This document shows, in pieces, positions 11,588 to 24,579 of a stretch of DNA of 64,000 bases. This DNA comes from Takakia lepidozioides (lineage: Eukaryota > Plantae > Bryophyta). The translations under genes and the position numbers were made by a program. Numbering within the stretch: position 1 is the first letter of the stretch; every line of letters begins with the position of its first letter. The stretch spans positions 12,462,001 through 12,526,000 of the forward strand of contig CM060732.1 of the NCBI GenBank assembly GCA_030704615.1, in the 5' to 3' direction. The notes under the pieces are model-generated. The model worked only from the letters and a program-made list of their open reading frames with translations, was not told the origin of the DNA and made no database searches.

Positions 11588-14479
11588 GTGCTAAACCCTC
11601 TTTGGGAGCCATACTCAATTTCTCAATAACATCAAAGTTACAGTAATAACTTTTTCAGGCTGTCTTTCAGGAAAGGCAGCGGTGGATCTTCAGGAGATAC
11701 AGTCATTTCTGGCGAGTCTGTTTTCGACAGCCCCCTTTCCAATTTTCTGCTTCCTGTTTATGCCGAAGCAATGGCACTTCACGCGGCCGAGTCCCTATCC
11801 CCTGACTTTTTAGTGGCCAGCCGTAGGTGTATCCAGCGTGGATCCGGTGTTCTAAAATACTTAGACTTAGATGCAGAGGAAGCGGGGATACATTGTACTG
11901 ACTCTGAGTCAGACTGAACTGTATTCTTTTAATATTCATTTTCATACTATCTGGAAAACGTTGAATCCCCTTCCTCCACCGTAGTTGTTCCTTTAGAACA
12001 AATAATAATCACAGAATCAACTTTCATTTAAATTGCAATATGTATGAATCCATCTCACAAACCTCCCTGACTCTTCTCATATCCATTGTGCATTCATCTA
12101 CAGTGTATTCATGCGTGCTCCATTCATGAATTTTTTCCTTTGTTCAACATCCATTGTACATTCATCCTCTGTACTCTTTAATCCACCCCACAAACCTTCC
12201 ACACTCATTTCATATACGTTGTGCATTCGTCAAAAGTTTTGGTCATGCATCTTCCTGTCATGAATTTGTAGTGTGAATGCAGGGGAGTGACATTACATCT
12301 TTGTTTTACCGTAAGACTTACATCACATAATAGGAGTGCCCGTTGTCAACTCAGGAGGGATGTATCCTGCATGCATAATTTCATGGGCAACACTGAGCTT
12401 ATGCTTTGCCAGGAGAAAAAAATGGCTAAGTATGACAGTGCGTTTTTTCATCCATTGCGATGAACGTTTTCATCACTGGTGCTTAACCTAAAATCACGGG
12501 TTGAGAAAAACAAAGAGGAAGATGACGGGTGACTCGTGAGCAGCTGCTGCGAGCAGTGGTGTTGGCAGGGGCAGCCTGTTGTTGGAGGTTGTACCTACGC
12601 TGTGGGATTTTGCTTGGTTTAGGAAGCGCATTAAGGCCTCTGCTTGTGTATTCTGTGTAAAGGGAAGCGGTGCCGCTCTCTCGGAGTGATGATCAATTCC
12701 AGGAGATAGGACAAGCATGTAAGGAGAGCGACGCACACCGCTGCCGCCATTGCCTTGAAGATGACAGTTATGGGCAGATGAGCAAGCAAGGAAAACGGCC
12801 AGCTGCTGGAAGCACAAGGAAGAGAGTCTGGGCACAATCAATGGGGGGGATAAAAATGTGGAGTGCTGGCTGTATGGCATCTCAGGTTCTCTGTCTCAAA
12901 CTTCTAGCTGCTTTTGTGGTCTTCTTGTTATAGGACCAGGTCGATTCGTAAGAAGGAATTGCATAGAGCAATTTAGTGGGCAAGCCACAGGATGTTCCAA
13001 GGGATGAAGAGGAGCCATCATGGCATGATAAAGACTGGAATCAGACAAGGAGAAAAGGTTGAAGTGGCTGCTGACAGGCGATGGCGAGGTGCCACCTTGA
13101 CAGGCAGACCCCCGCTTCACTAGAGGAATAAAAACAGATAAGTCTGTGGACTGTTGGCCTTTTTGGTTGAAACTTAGAAATTGCTTTTTGGTAGATTTAG
13201 GACTGCATCTTGGTAGAAGAGAAAAGTGGAGACATGTGATAGAGGAAAAGGTTTTTGGAAATGGAATGGAGACTCTGGACTTCAAACCAGAACATGGAAA
13301 GGATGGATGCACCTGATGTTGTGATGTCGTAAGAGAAATGAGTGAAGAGAGAGAGAGAGAGACTGTTTGTCACTGAAATCAGAATGGTCACTGTTGTCTT
13401 CATTTTGAATCTTGTTTCAGTGTTTAAACCTGCACACAATGCTGCCGTGGGTAGTGGATGCACTGAAACCAATGGTAAATCTAGCTTGTTTGCCTGGAGA
13501 GAATCAATGAGGGTTAGCTGAACTGTTGAAAACATAGAAGGATAAGGTGATCTAAGTCTGGTGTCAGGATATGAACAATTGCGTGACACAGTTGAAGGGA
13601 AAGGAGGGATGTTGGGGTATTTGGTTGAAACCTGAAGAAGGGATGAGAGTTGTTTGGGCAATGGGTTCTTTGGAAAAAGGTAGTGTGAAGGGCTGAACAT
13701 TGACAGAGAGAGAGAGAGAGAGAAACAGAGAAGAAAGGGACAAGAGGGAGAGAGGGAGAGAGAGACTGATGAAGAGGATGGTTGTGTCTTGAGAGACCGA
13801 GGATGACTTCAAGGCTGGCTGCACTGGATGCTTGGCAGAGTGTGCATTTGCATTACATGATAGATGTGTGAGCAAGAACAATTCAAAAACTCCCCATCCA
13901 TGTCTTCTCTTCCGCTGCGGCGTGGATGAGGATTCCGTAAACTCTGATCATGAACGAACCTGAAGGAAAACCCATATAGCCGTGTGACGATGGTTGGACA
14001 AAGTAAGAACGCTCCTTTCCTTTGCTGGGCACAATCAACTGGGGGGGAGGGGAGGACCACAGCTTTAGGATTAACCAGAAGGGGATTCACGCCCCTTCTT
14101 TTCACACTACAAAGTTTTGTCATTGCTCACCATCCATTATACATTCATCCATTTTACTCTTATCCATCACTCATTCATCCATCTACATTCATTTTTCACA
14201 CTCATCCATCTGTTTATCATCCAACTGTACATTCATCCATCCTTTATTCAATGCACATTATTATGTCGTCCAGCTTGTTTCCGCGATAAAGGGTGCCAAT
14301 CCGCGGGAATACACTCCACTTCTTTCTGGGCGCGTGGTGACGCGGCCTTCACGTGTGATGACGTGGAGTGAGCCCCGTGACGTGGCATTTGCGCAAGGTG
14401 ACGTGGCGTGAGCGCAGTTGCGCTCACGCGCTCACGTGACCAGGCTCACACCTAGGCATCCCTGCTCAATTGTGTACCT

Positions 14480-15294
14480 GCTAACTCAGAGAAATGGAAC
14501 TGTAAGTTCTCCCATCCCCAAATACAAAACCAGGAAAAAAACAGAAAACCACCCCCAATTCACCCCCAAAAATGAACCCCCAACACCCCCCCCCCCCACC
14601 AGGCTGCCCTCGCGACTGCATCAAGTCGCCAATGGCGACAAGTTTTTTGGGTGGGGGTCGCAAGAAGCGACGGTCGGGCGTCGCAAATCCCATTTGCGGG
14701 CGGCAACGCCCGACACCCCCCTGCGACGTGTTTTTTAGTCTGGGGGTCGCAATCTGCGACGCCCTGGCGTCGCGGAGACTGCCACCCTGCCTGCGCCACG
14801 TTTTTTTAATTAAATTAAAAAAAAAGTGACGCCGGAGCGTCGCAACAACCTACGCCCGAGCGTAACGGAGACCGACTCCCGCTGTTTTGTGCCACGCCCA
14901 ATAGTCGTTGGCAGCGACGCACGGGTGTCGCTTGGCGTACCACCCGGCTGACTCCCGGGCAAGTTAGAAAAAAAAAAAGGGATGCGACGCCGCGTCGGCG
15001 CCCCTACCAACGCCGTCGGCTGGAGGGCAGCGACGGCAAACGTCGCGCGAAGAAGCTCCTGCCATCGGCGCGCACGGCCTGAAAAACCGACGTCCGGCAG
15101 TCGCGGGAGTTGGGGCGGGGGCTCGCGACCCCCCATACGTTGCATTTTGCGACGTCATTTTGGCGACGCCCTTGCGACTGTTGGGCGACAGCCGGGCGTC
15201 GCAAATTCCACGCCTCCCGCGTGCTCGAAAAGGGCGTTTTCCCGACGCTGCGGCGTGGCGCGGACGTCGCAAAGGCCCCCCTTTTCCTGTAGTG
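14480..15294. mobile_element. Orphan CACTA (En/Spm) transposon terminus with GCGAC/GTCGC subterminal repeats
   Basis: Ends ...CCCCTTTTCCTGTAGTG at 15294 (reverse complement CACTACAGGAAAAGG). Dense GCGAC/GTCGC motifs in both orientations over 14610-15275. Confidence 0.75.
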
Positions 15295-15469
15295 ACTTTC
15301 TGCTATTCAAAACCGACCTATTCTATCGAGAGATGCCGCATGCCCGGAGGAGTCATGAGTTCACCGATCAGCCGAACGTGGACAAAGCAGCAATGCGCCT
15401 TCTGTACAGCTAAACCTCCTGGGCTCTTATTACATTCGTACCCATTTTCTTTGTCGCCCAATTCTTTGG

Positions 15470-15800
15470 CCTGGAAATGGTTGTCCCATGAGCGACTAAG
15501 TTCCATGAGTGCCTATATCCAACTTGGGGCCCAAAATGGTTAAGTTCCATGACATTGGAAACTACTCGGGGACTTAGCCATTTTGGCCCCCCAGACTGGA
15601 AATTCGGCACCATATATCCAGGTTGGGGCCCAAAACGGCTAAGTCCCATGAGTGCCTGTATCCGACTCTGGAAAAATGGCGCCGCATTTCCAGATTCAGG
15701 CAAGGCCACCCCTGGGACTTAGCCATCTCCGGCCGCACACTGGAAATTCGGCGCCATATATCCAGCTTGGGGCCCAAAACGACTAAGTCCCATGACATCG
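15470..15800. repeat. Diverged short tandem repeats (TATATCCAG..TTGGGGCCCAAAAC.GCTAAGTCCCATGA units)
   Basis: Three recognisable copies of the TTGGGGCCCAAAA unit near 15524, 15623 and 15767, with shared GGACTTAGCCAT and CTGGAAATTCGGC blocks. Confidence 0.7.
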
Positions 15801-15899
15801 AACATCGGACTTGCAATAAAATGTTGCATTTCATTGCTATGACGAGTCCAGTGGTGCCACATTCCAACTTCACATGACCCTATTTCCGTGCCTCCTACC

Positions 15900-16210
15900 C
15901 CTATTTCCGTGGACACACAATGGTCCGCTCATGTTTTTTTTTTCCGCTCATGCTCATGCTCATGCCGCTCATGAAATAGCATCTCAGCTTTGCTTTAAAT
16001 CTTCGTGTATAAAACATATAGACAGCTTCCACGTTAATGGCATTGACGCCATCAATTTTTATATCATGCTTAAGACTTCTGTGTTTTTCCGTGAGATTAC
16101 TATGAAATTTTTAAAAATTTATCAACTTTATTTTATAAATCTCCTCGATATGTGTATGTATCATCCACGTATATAGGGCCTTTTACGTGTGTGCTATCCA
16201 CGGGAATAGG
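15900..16210. mobile_element. Small MITE-like element
   Basis: Inverted ends CCTATTTCCGTGGA (15900) and TCCACGGGAATAGG (16197-16210), 13/14 match, around an AT-rich interior. Confidence 0.5.
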
Positions 16211-16833
16211 CCCTCTAACATAAGACCACTAAACTAGATTGCGATCATACCACTAAACCAGGCTCACGTGAGCTTGCTCACGTTGTACCGTCGCTGAAGA
16301 ATAAGCAAAGAAATTGTCACAAGATTGTGATGGTGGAGGATGAAAATATGAGAGGTTGATAAAGCCTCAAGGAGCATAAACAAAGACATATGGAAGGTTA
16401 GTGTGGTTAAGAGTTGTCTTTTGTGCTTTTCCGTACTGGAAGATTGAAACTGGTGGCTAATTTCCAGCCACACCAAATTATAGCATTCTATTGATCAATA
16501 CTAGCTTGTGTGAAAGTTTCTGCAAGCACTGTTTACAGCTCGAGTTAGGGTTTAGTAGTCAAAAGATGCTTGGGCCCTACGGTACGAAGCATTGAACTCA
16601 AGCTCGAAGAAGACGATTGCTCTTCCCAACCTCCACATATGTGTCACTTTTCATTGGAAAAGTGGGTGGAAGAAGGGGTGTCAGATGTTTTTTTTTACTG
16701 CCACTCGTGAGAAAAGGGTCTTAGTGTAGATCATGAATATGGTGTCATTGTCGCCGCGCCATCATCATGCCACATCATCGTCGTAAGTTTTTAAAGCTCT
16801 CCGAGAAAAGAAAAAAGCCTGAAATTTGTGAAG

Positions 16834-17644
16834 GAACCTTCGGTTCCGGTTCCACAATTATTTCAAGAGACGATTCCGGATCCGGTTCTGGTTTTTTTTT
16901 ATTGAGCCGGTTCCGGATCCAACTTTTAAACACGGGGGCGGTTCCGGTTACCGGTTAGTTGCTGATAAAAACCACGGTTCCCGGTTAGGTTCTGGTTCTT
17001 TTTTAATTTTTTTTTATTAGATTTAAAATATTTTATCAGTCCGGGAGATTAAATAGCAACGTATTCACATATTTGAAAATCCAACGATTTTATTAGTTTT
17101 CACTAACACCAAACAAAAACAAACAAAAATACTCTAAATAAACTGGTAGAAGAAAATGGGTAACATTTTATGGGTTGAAATTACTATTCAGCTATTTGGC
17201 AAGTATTGGCATCTTCTAACATTTTCATTAATGAACTTAGCCAGGATATCAAGGAGCTGGAGATTGAACCCAAGATCTCATGGCGTTGAAGCATTGAACA
17301 TAGAATGTCATGGCCTTCAAGCATTGAACCCAGGATCTCATGGAGCTTGAGAGCATTAAAGAAGTTTTGCCATGGGGCCCACCAGCTCTCCAGGGTTATG
17401 CCATGTTATGCCAAGGGCCCACCAAGGGTTCAAGACCCTGAACCTGTTTTTATCCCCATGCACCCCGGTTCTCCGGTTCTCACACCCAGCAGGAACCGCC
17501 GGCTCAGTTCTGTGCCGATCCCCATTGGCAGGTTCCGGTTCCGGGTCAGGTTCTGTAGGAATGGCCCGGTTCCGGTCCGGTTCCGGTTAACCTGAACTTG
17601 AACCGGCGGTTAACCTGGTCCCGGCGGGTAACCGCCCAACATTG
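16834..17644. mobile_element. Non-autonomous hAT-like element remnant with CCGGTT/AACCGG subterminal repeats
   Basis: Many CCGGTT motifs at 16840-16995 and 17465-17630. Right end reads CAATGTTGGGCGGTTACC on the minus strand. Left TIR not identified. Confidence 0.55.
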
Positions 17645-17826
17645 GTGCTTACCATGAAATCAAAGTAATATTTGAAGTGCTATAACATTTACATTGAGTA
17701 TGTTGTGAGGCTAAATTCCGGGGCCGGGGATATATTCCCTTTCTAGTCTGGTATTACCTATAGGAGGGTTGTAGCTCAGTAAGGCAGTGTTTCGCTAACT
17801 AGGAAGGGATCAGTTGCCTAGAAAGC

Positions 17827-19860
17827 CCTTTTGGGCTACATTATTTTCGACAAATGAGTCTTTATGGATCAGAAGAAATACAAACCATCATCGAGTGGGT
17901 TAAACCAACTTCGGTCCGAGATGTACAATGTTTCCTAGGATTTGCAAATTTCTATAGAATCTTCATCCAGGACTACTCCAAAATTGCTGCACCAATGACA
18001 CGACTCACAGGGAAGGACAACTTTGTATGGGACGAAAAGGCTGACCAAACATTTGAAAGGCTGAAGCAGACATTTACAACGGCTCCAATACTGGTACATG
18101 CAGACCCATCTAAACCATTCTTTTTGGAAGCAGATGCATCGGACTTTGCACTTGGCGCGGTACTCTCTCAATACGGTACAGATGACCGACTTCACCCTGT
18201 TGGTTTTCGTTCTCGCAAATTTTCCGCTGCGGAGATCAATTATGAAATCTATGACAAAGAACTTCTAGCGATTATCGATGCTTTTGAGGAGTGGCGTCAT
18301 CTATTGGATGGAGCTCAACATCAGGTCATTGTCTATACCGATCACAAAAACCTCGAGTATTTTATGAGTGCTCGTGTTTTGAATCGACGTCAAGCAAGAT
18401 GAAGTATGTCACTAGCAAAGTTTGATTTTGTTATTATCTACCGTCCTGGATATCTTCAAGGAAAACTAGATGCTCTTTCTCGACGATCGTATCTTGCGCC
18501 AAAGGAAGGGGATGCAGCTTTTGACCAACAGAAATCCATCATCTTGAAACTAGCAAATCTCCAATTGAATATGCTATCCATGTCCACCTATGACGATGCA
18601 AAGATTATAAAGGAGATTCAGGAAGCACTGAAGAGTGACCAATTTGCTACGACACTACGAAGTCAACTAAATCGACCTCGAGACAACCCACATGTTACAA
18701 ACGACTTCGAGTTCAAAGATGACTTACTTTATTTCAAGGGACTTCTCTATGTACCTCCACGATCTATACGACTTCGAATGCTTCAAACATATCATGATCT
18801 TTCGGCTGCAGGACATTTCGGCTTCAACAAAACAATGGAATTGATATCCAGAGACTATTGGTGGCCGCAGATGTGGAAACTCGTGAAAGAATTTATAAAA
18901 TTTTGCGACACGTGTGCTAGAGCGAAGGGACCATGACATCGACCTTACGGCCTTCTTCAACCATTACCCATTCCCAAGGGTCCATGGTCGTCCGTGTCTA
19001 TAGACTTTATTACGGACCTTCCAATCTCCAAGACCACCGATGTCGCGGCCCTTTGCCTTGAGGGCAGGGGGTCGGGACACATGAGGGGCTGCCCCTGTGG
19101 TGGGGGCAGCGGCAGCGATAGGTATGGGGGGCTGAAGCACCCTTGAGTGCCCAAGGCACTGAAGGAGGCGGAGGCGCTCACTAGGTGGAGCCCCGCACAC
19201 CGGGTTGCGGTGGGGGTGGCTCCACAAGGGGTGGTGGTAGCTTAGCGAGACTTAGTGGGGGTGGCATAGGACTCACCATGGGGGCGGAGACCTCGTGGTG
19301 GGAGTCGTGGGGAGTCTTGGGACTCAGCACGGTCCATAGGGGCCGTGGTGAGTGGGCCAAGACTCACCGCGACTCATCACCGGGAGTCGAGGGTTTTTGT
19401 GGTGGTTCGCCATAAAATGGCATGGCTGGTTATGAAACCCCCGCGGATAGCTACAGAAGTATATATAGGGAGTAGTAACCACGAGAACGGTGCAAGCCCG
19501 TTGCTGACCAAAAACTAGTGAGTAAGCGAGCGAGCCGGAAAGCGACCAAAGAGTGGGGAGCTGTTCCGGACTGCCATCTACCAAAAGGGAATTCTCCTAG
19601 TCCCAAATAGGTGGAGGGTTTAGAGGGAAGCGAAGGGGGACCGTTATGTCCCGGTGAGCAGCCGAAGCTCCAAGTTGGCCCGGGCGGCCAGGTTGGGAGT
19701 CAGGCGCGCGCATCAAAGCGAGTAACTATGACTTGAAGGGGAGCTTACCGAATTGAGGTGCGCGACAACCGATTCAATCTTTGTTATTGTAGATCGTTTT
19801 ACGAAGATGACACATTTCATTCTATGTAATAAGACGGTTACCGGCGAGGAAACTGCAAGA
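17827..19860 (+). mobile_element. Ty3/gypsy (Tf2/chromovirus-like) pol fragment: RT end, RNase H, integrase; interrupted by a solo LTR
   Basis: FLGYII; FLGFANFYR; EADASDFALGAVLSQ; NYEIYDKELLAI; YTDHKNL; AGHFG...CDTC; SIDFITDLP. Resumes after the insertion as DSIFVIVDRFTKMTHF (19771). In-frame stops at 18400 and 18934. Confidence 0.93.
19041..19767. mobile_element. Solo LTR (727 bp) inserted in the gypsy integrase
   Basis: TGTCGCG...CGCGACA inverted termini and a perfect 5 bp TSD ACCGA (19036-19040 and 19768-19772). The integrase frame continues across the junction. Confidence 0.9.
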
Positions 19861-21324
19861 CCCAACAGCAGGTAGACCGAGCTTGGGCAGACCCCAGCCC
19901 GGGCAGACCCACTGGGGACCCGATGGCGGGCGGACCCAGCGGTGAGGGTGGGCGGGAGGGGGCCGCGGGCTGGGCGGCGTGCGGGTAGGGCCGCGGGCGG
20001 CTGCGGGGCTGCCGACCGCGCTGCGCGGCTGGCAGGTGGGGGTGGGTGGGGCGGGGGAGGGCGACCCCGGTCCGTGCGGGTGTGCGCGCCCTGTCCCACA
20101 CGCGCGACATAAACTCCCAATTATTCAAAAATGAGAGGCTATTTTAAACCCTATATTCATTTAAATTCCCTAATCACAATATAATGTATCCATTATAAAT
20201 TTTAAATGTTTTCTAATTTTTATCTTTTCAAAATAAATTGCACCATATATTTTTTTACACGTCGGTTGGGAATATTTGGAAGTGACTTTCCCGGGGTCGA
20301 GACACAGTTACTACAAAGAGTAAAGGATACAAAGCATTATTATAATAGCTCAGTATTATACTTTGTATAATTTGAGATTTAGTACGAGCTGAGAGGATGA
20401 GTGAAGTCATTACAGGAAGCCGAGACATGATAACCACGATTTGTGCATCGTCGAGCTCATGTGTCTCCCTGTGATAGTACGCAGTTCTACAAAGGCCTCT
20501 TCAGGAAGGGCTGATTAGCACTGACTTCCAGGTGCACAGACGTGAGAGGACATAAATCTTGGGTATGTTGGTACCTAAGTAAAGATCTCGGTAGAACTTC
20601 TCGGACTTATAATTTGAAGGCTAGTGAAGGGCAGTGGCAGCGGATTGTCGACCGTTTATGGGGAAGCGTTGTATGAGAGTTACGGTCTGAAAAGACGAGA
20701 GGTGGTGCTGTTGTTGGCCATTGGACATGGAAGCTCTTTCTTACTAGGCACGTTTCTTGGAGCTTCGGCTGACTATTTGTAAGCCAGCTAGAAGCAATTT
20801 TCGTATGCAAGAGCACTTGTTTTGTTTTATCTGTGTTACTATGGCCTGTCTATAGCCCGGAACAAGAAGGTCATGACGTTTGGCTGATTGCATTTTCCTG
20901 GTAAGTCCAACCAAGTGTTTTTTCAGTGCAAATCTCTCGTAGCCTCCATAATTGCTGCCACCATCCTCAATGCGATTCGTGACCTGCAGCAACATCGTGT
21001 GTACTAAACGCGGCAACATCTGGAACTAAAGACCTTGGGCGTGGAGGAGCTCTATCATGTGAGGGCGGAAGCTCATGGCCACAACGTCTCATAGTTAAAA
21101 TTACATGTAGTCACAGATTCAGAATTTTTGGGTTCTCCATGCTATGATGAACGTATGTGGTCGCTGTTTTGGAGGTTCAGTTGGTGCAATTGGAGCATCG
21201 TAGTTGGAGCTGCTGCACTAGACTCAGGCTGGAACGGACGTGGCAGTGTCGGCCAGCCAAGGTACAGGTCTGAGTAAGTCTGCTGCCACCACTAAGTGGT
21301 TTCCTAACACCTGTTACAAGGAGG

Positions 21325-21600
21325 GGCTCCACAAGCAAGTACTAAATGAGGGTTCCATTCTCTGGCTATTGGATCGACTGGTACCATTAGGTCTGATCGA
21401 CGAAGTGTTTGGCCCTGTCCAGAAGCCCTATTACCTTGTGCAAATTAACACTAAGTCAGAGGTACCTGAAGGGGAGTTGTGGGAGAAGAGATTGCTTATG
21501 TGCTAGAATTTGCCAACTATGCTTTTGACTACCCCAACCCACACATGAAAGCCTGTGATGCTTCAGGCATTGATGATGAAGAACAGGCGGTAGAGGTGGT
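21325..21600 (+). pseudogene. NAF1: Fragment of H/ACA RNP assembly factor NAF1 (Gar1/Naf1 domain), frameshifted
   Basis: LNEGSILWL...PLGLIDEVFGPVQKPYYLV...SEVP, then after a frameshift YVLEFANY...ACDASGIDDEE, matching the plant NAF1 core. No flanking exons recognised. Confidence 0.72.
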
Positions 21601-22908
21601 GGCGATAGCTGTTGCGACTGAGCACACATCCCCATAGGCCGACTCTATCGTTGAATATTTCGGTTGGAAGAGGCAGGTGGTGTCAATGGGCATAGACAAG
21701 AAAGAGGATGGCAGGACATGAATAGCCGTCTATCCTCTTAGGCGGGTCTAGAACCTGTGTCTGCAGAGAAGGAAGAGCCCATGTGCAATCAGGAGTTAAC
21801 GGCCAGCTTCCTGTATATTCGTAACAAGATCAGGAAGGTTAAGCTTGGGCGCCCTAGGGCTGCGGGTGAAAGAAAAAAGACGACTCCAACATCGTCTTAA
21901 GAGGCCATAGGAGGGGCCTGGTGCTCAACCAGCATGTCGGTACTCTTTCAAGAAGCTGTGGTGATGACAATGAGGTTGGGCTGACAACCAGCATGTAGCC
22001 CAGTGGTAATGGGCACATACCACGTTGGATGTGGTTGTGGGTTCAAACCACGGTCTGGTGTGTCATGAAGGTGTCCACCTTTCAGCTGGAAGGTAGTAGC
22101 CCTTGTGGTGAAGTGACACCATAAGTTCTTCGGGAGGCGTCAATTTTTTTTTTTGAGGTTGGGCTTCAGCGATGAAGGATACCGTAACTGTAGATCAGGC
22201 CGAGTCTGAAATTTCTTCAAGTTCAGTGGGGATCTCTGGTATCAATTTCAGAGTAAGGGGAGTTTTTCGGCACAATGCTAATATGGAAGTTAAAAGAAAC
22301 GTAGGTCTAGAGGGTGGATTGCTCGAGTTCATAGTGAATGGCCGAACAACAACTTATTGGTGTTGTTACGATACTTGCAGAGTCTTATGTGGAATCGGAA
22401 GATAAAAGGCAGAAGGGATCGGAGGCCGTAGAACATTGGGTCTCCAAATTGACCTTAGGGAACAGCAAAGTTGAATGGAACTACGGGAACCTGCAAGGAA
22501 TGAAGGGCACAAGGATGTGGATAATATCACTCCTATAATTATTCCCTGGATCCTGCCCTAGCAGCTCCGCAACCCAGTGGCTATGGTGACCTCCACGAAA
22601 AGAGGTTAATTGAAACCACTGCCTTTGATCAAAGTTATGAACTGGGCTAAAGTCCGATTTGTGAGCACGGTGGCCCGACCTGTGTTAATGCCTCTAGTTA
22701 GTGTGGCTTTGGGTTTTCGATATGTGCTGATTCCACTAATCAAAGTTTGGATAGTGATGTAGTTGTGCAGCGATACGTATGCGCACGACATAAGATTATC
22801 ACATAAAGAGGGAGGACAATAGGAATACTGTAATAACTTAATGGACGCTGGCGATTTGACGGTACTTTTGTCGGATTCCGGGTGTCTGAGCTCCTCCGGT
22901 GGGGCCCC

Positions 22909-23357
22909 TGTCAAATCCTCCCCACCCCCTCTCATCACGGTTTCACTAGTAAATACTTAAGAATCCAAGTGGGTTCCATACGTGGTCAGTAGCGTGATGG
23001 TATTGTAGTCGGCAAGGTTTCGGTTTTGATTCTTGATGGAAGGCTCTTGTAGTGTAACCCAGGTATCAGTATTCGAATTGATGTAACCCTCTGTAACCCC
23101 GGTCTCACATGTAATCCTAGTTTCTCATATAACTCTGGTTAGTCCATTTTATACTTAGTCAAATTTTGAGACCAAGTGTGAGTTACACCGAGTGGAGTTA
23201 CACTCCATTATGTGTAACCCCGAGCGGAGTTACACACCTCGTTGTGTAACCCCAAGTGGAGTTACACACCACGTCGTGTAACCCAGTGTAACCTTGTCTG
23301 GAGTTTACACCCTTCAATTCCATGTCACTCTCAAGAGAGGGTGGGGAAGATTTGACA
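22909..23357. repeat. Inverted-repeat-bounded segment with internal ~32 bp palindromic tandem units
   Basis: TGTCAAATCCTCCCCACCCCCTCTC at 22909 vs GAGAGGGTGGGGAAGATTTGACA ending 23357. Internal GAGTTACAC-N8-GTGTAACCC units at ~23195, 23227 and 23259. Confidence 0.55.
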
Positions 23358-24579
23358 TGGCGGCCATCATGTCAGAGGTTGCAAGTGTGCATTACGTTCT
23401 TACATTATTCCTATTATCTTCCCATAAAGAGTGAGGCCAGGTAGCCTGATTTAAAAGAAAAACCTTTCCCAATGTTTTTATGTAACAGAACACATACCCA
23501 GTGATTTTTTTTCCAATACATGAACTCAGAGGTACCACCCAACTTAGACAAGTTTGCAGCAAGCAAGAGGTGATGCAAGCAGTAGGGTAGGCTCTCAGAA
23601 ATGCAAGAGTCACATTGAATGGAATACAATACGGCATAGAGTAAAGGGCACTGTGAGCCGTTGATTCCAAAATGGATGACATTCAAACGTTTCAAGCCCC
23701 TCAGTATCCCACGATTTGAAAACATCCCTCGTGAAGTGCTTCAATCTTCACGGACCATGGAAGCTTGCTCCGGCGCTCCTCTGAGGGCGCAGGGAGAGCC
23801 TATACTCAATTCCCCGTCGTCTGTTTGCTGGGATCGATGGGGAGGGCACACATCGTGCAGCAAGTTTCTGATGCAGAATTTGGAGCTGACATGGGCACCC
23901 ACTTTGGCAATGCTGGACCCAACACCATTGCAAGTGATAGCCATGACGTCTACCCAGCCTCCAGGTTTACAGAAGAAGGGTATGGATGCAATTGTTTGTG
24001 GCTAGTTGCTTTGGGTCTTTAAGCTCTGTGCCTGGAATTGATCCCGGCTTCACATTGAAGTCTCACCCATTTTGGTGGAAGAATGCCCCACTTTATCTTG
24101 AAATTTAGACCCTTGTTACCCTTTTCATGAGCTCCTTCATAATCTCCAATTATGTCTGGAGATTCCTTCTTCCCATTCATTGCATTAGAGACACAGTGTA
24201 ACTTAGTTTGTAGCTTCTGCGGATATACTGTTTTACTCTCGAGCAGCGCAGAGCGGCAATTGCCAGGCATACTAGGGTTGCATAACTGGTAGAGGGAGAT
24301 GTTCCAATTGACCATTCCCTGCGAACAATGGCTATGACGTACCCTTCAGGGTTCTCGCAGCTTATCAACCCTCTTGATTCAGCCTAAAACTGACATGTCT
24401 CTTTCTCCGAGCAAACGACAATTCAGTACAGGGAATCGAGTGCTCATGTAGTGACGGGGTGGACATCCTGCCAGAGAACATAAGGTCGCTTCCTGCACTG
24501 CAGCCTAGCTGCCGATCGGTATCGTGGAAGACTTATGGCTGTGGTTGCACTGACAATCACTCTTATGTGTTGCATGCAG

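Larger units (their letters stand above)
1051..14466. mobile_element. ~13.4 kb Mutator-like (MULE) DNA transposon with imperfect TIRs, carrying a transposase (-) and a ParB-methyltransferase cargo gene (+)
   Basis: Left end AGCAACGACGCAATGGCGTGAGC vs reverse complement of right end AGCAGGGATGCCTAGGTGTGAGC (16/23 identical). Both ends are followed by GCGTGAGC/GCTCACGC and TGACGTGGC repeats (1051-1220; 14330-14466). No TSD visible. Confidence 0.7.

Noticed and set aside
16034-16055. Single 18/22 match to the copy-1 palindrome (TTAATGGCATTGACGCCATCAA)
   Set aside because: Isolated, inside a separate MITE-like element, and lacks one core CpG; chance cannot be excluded.
19861-20270. CCCAAC...GTTGGG bounded GC-rich/AT-rich segment
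   Set aside because: Only a 6 bp inverted match and no TSD; cannot be classified.
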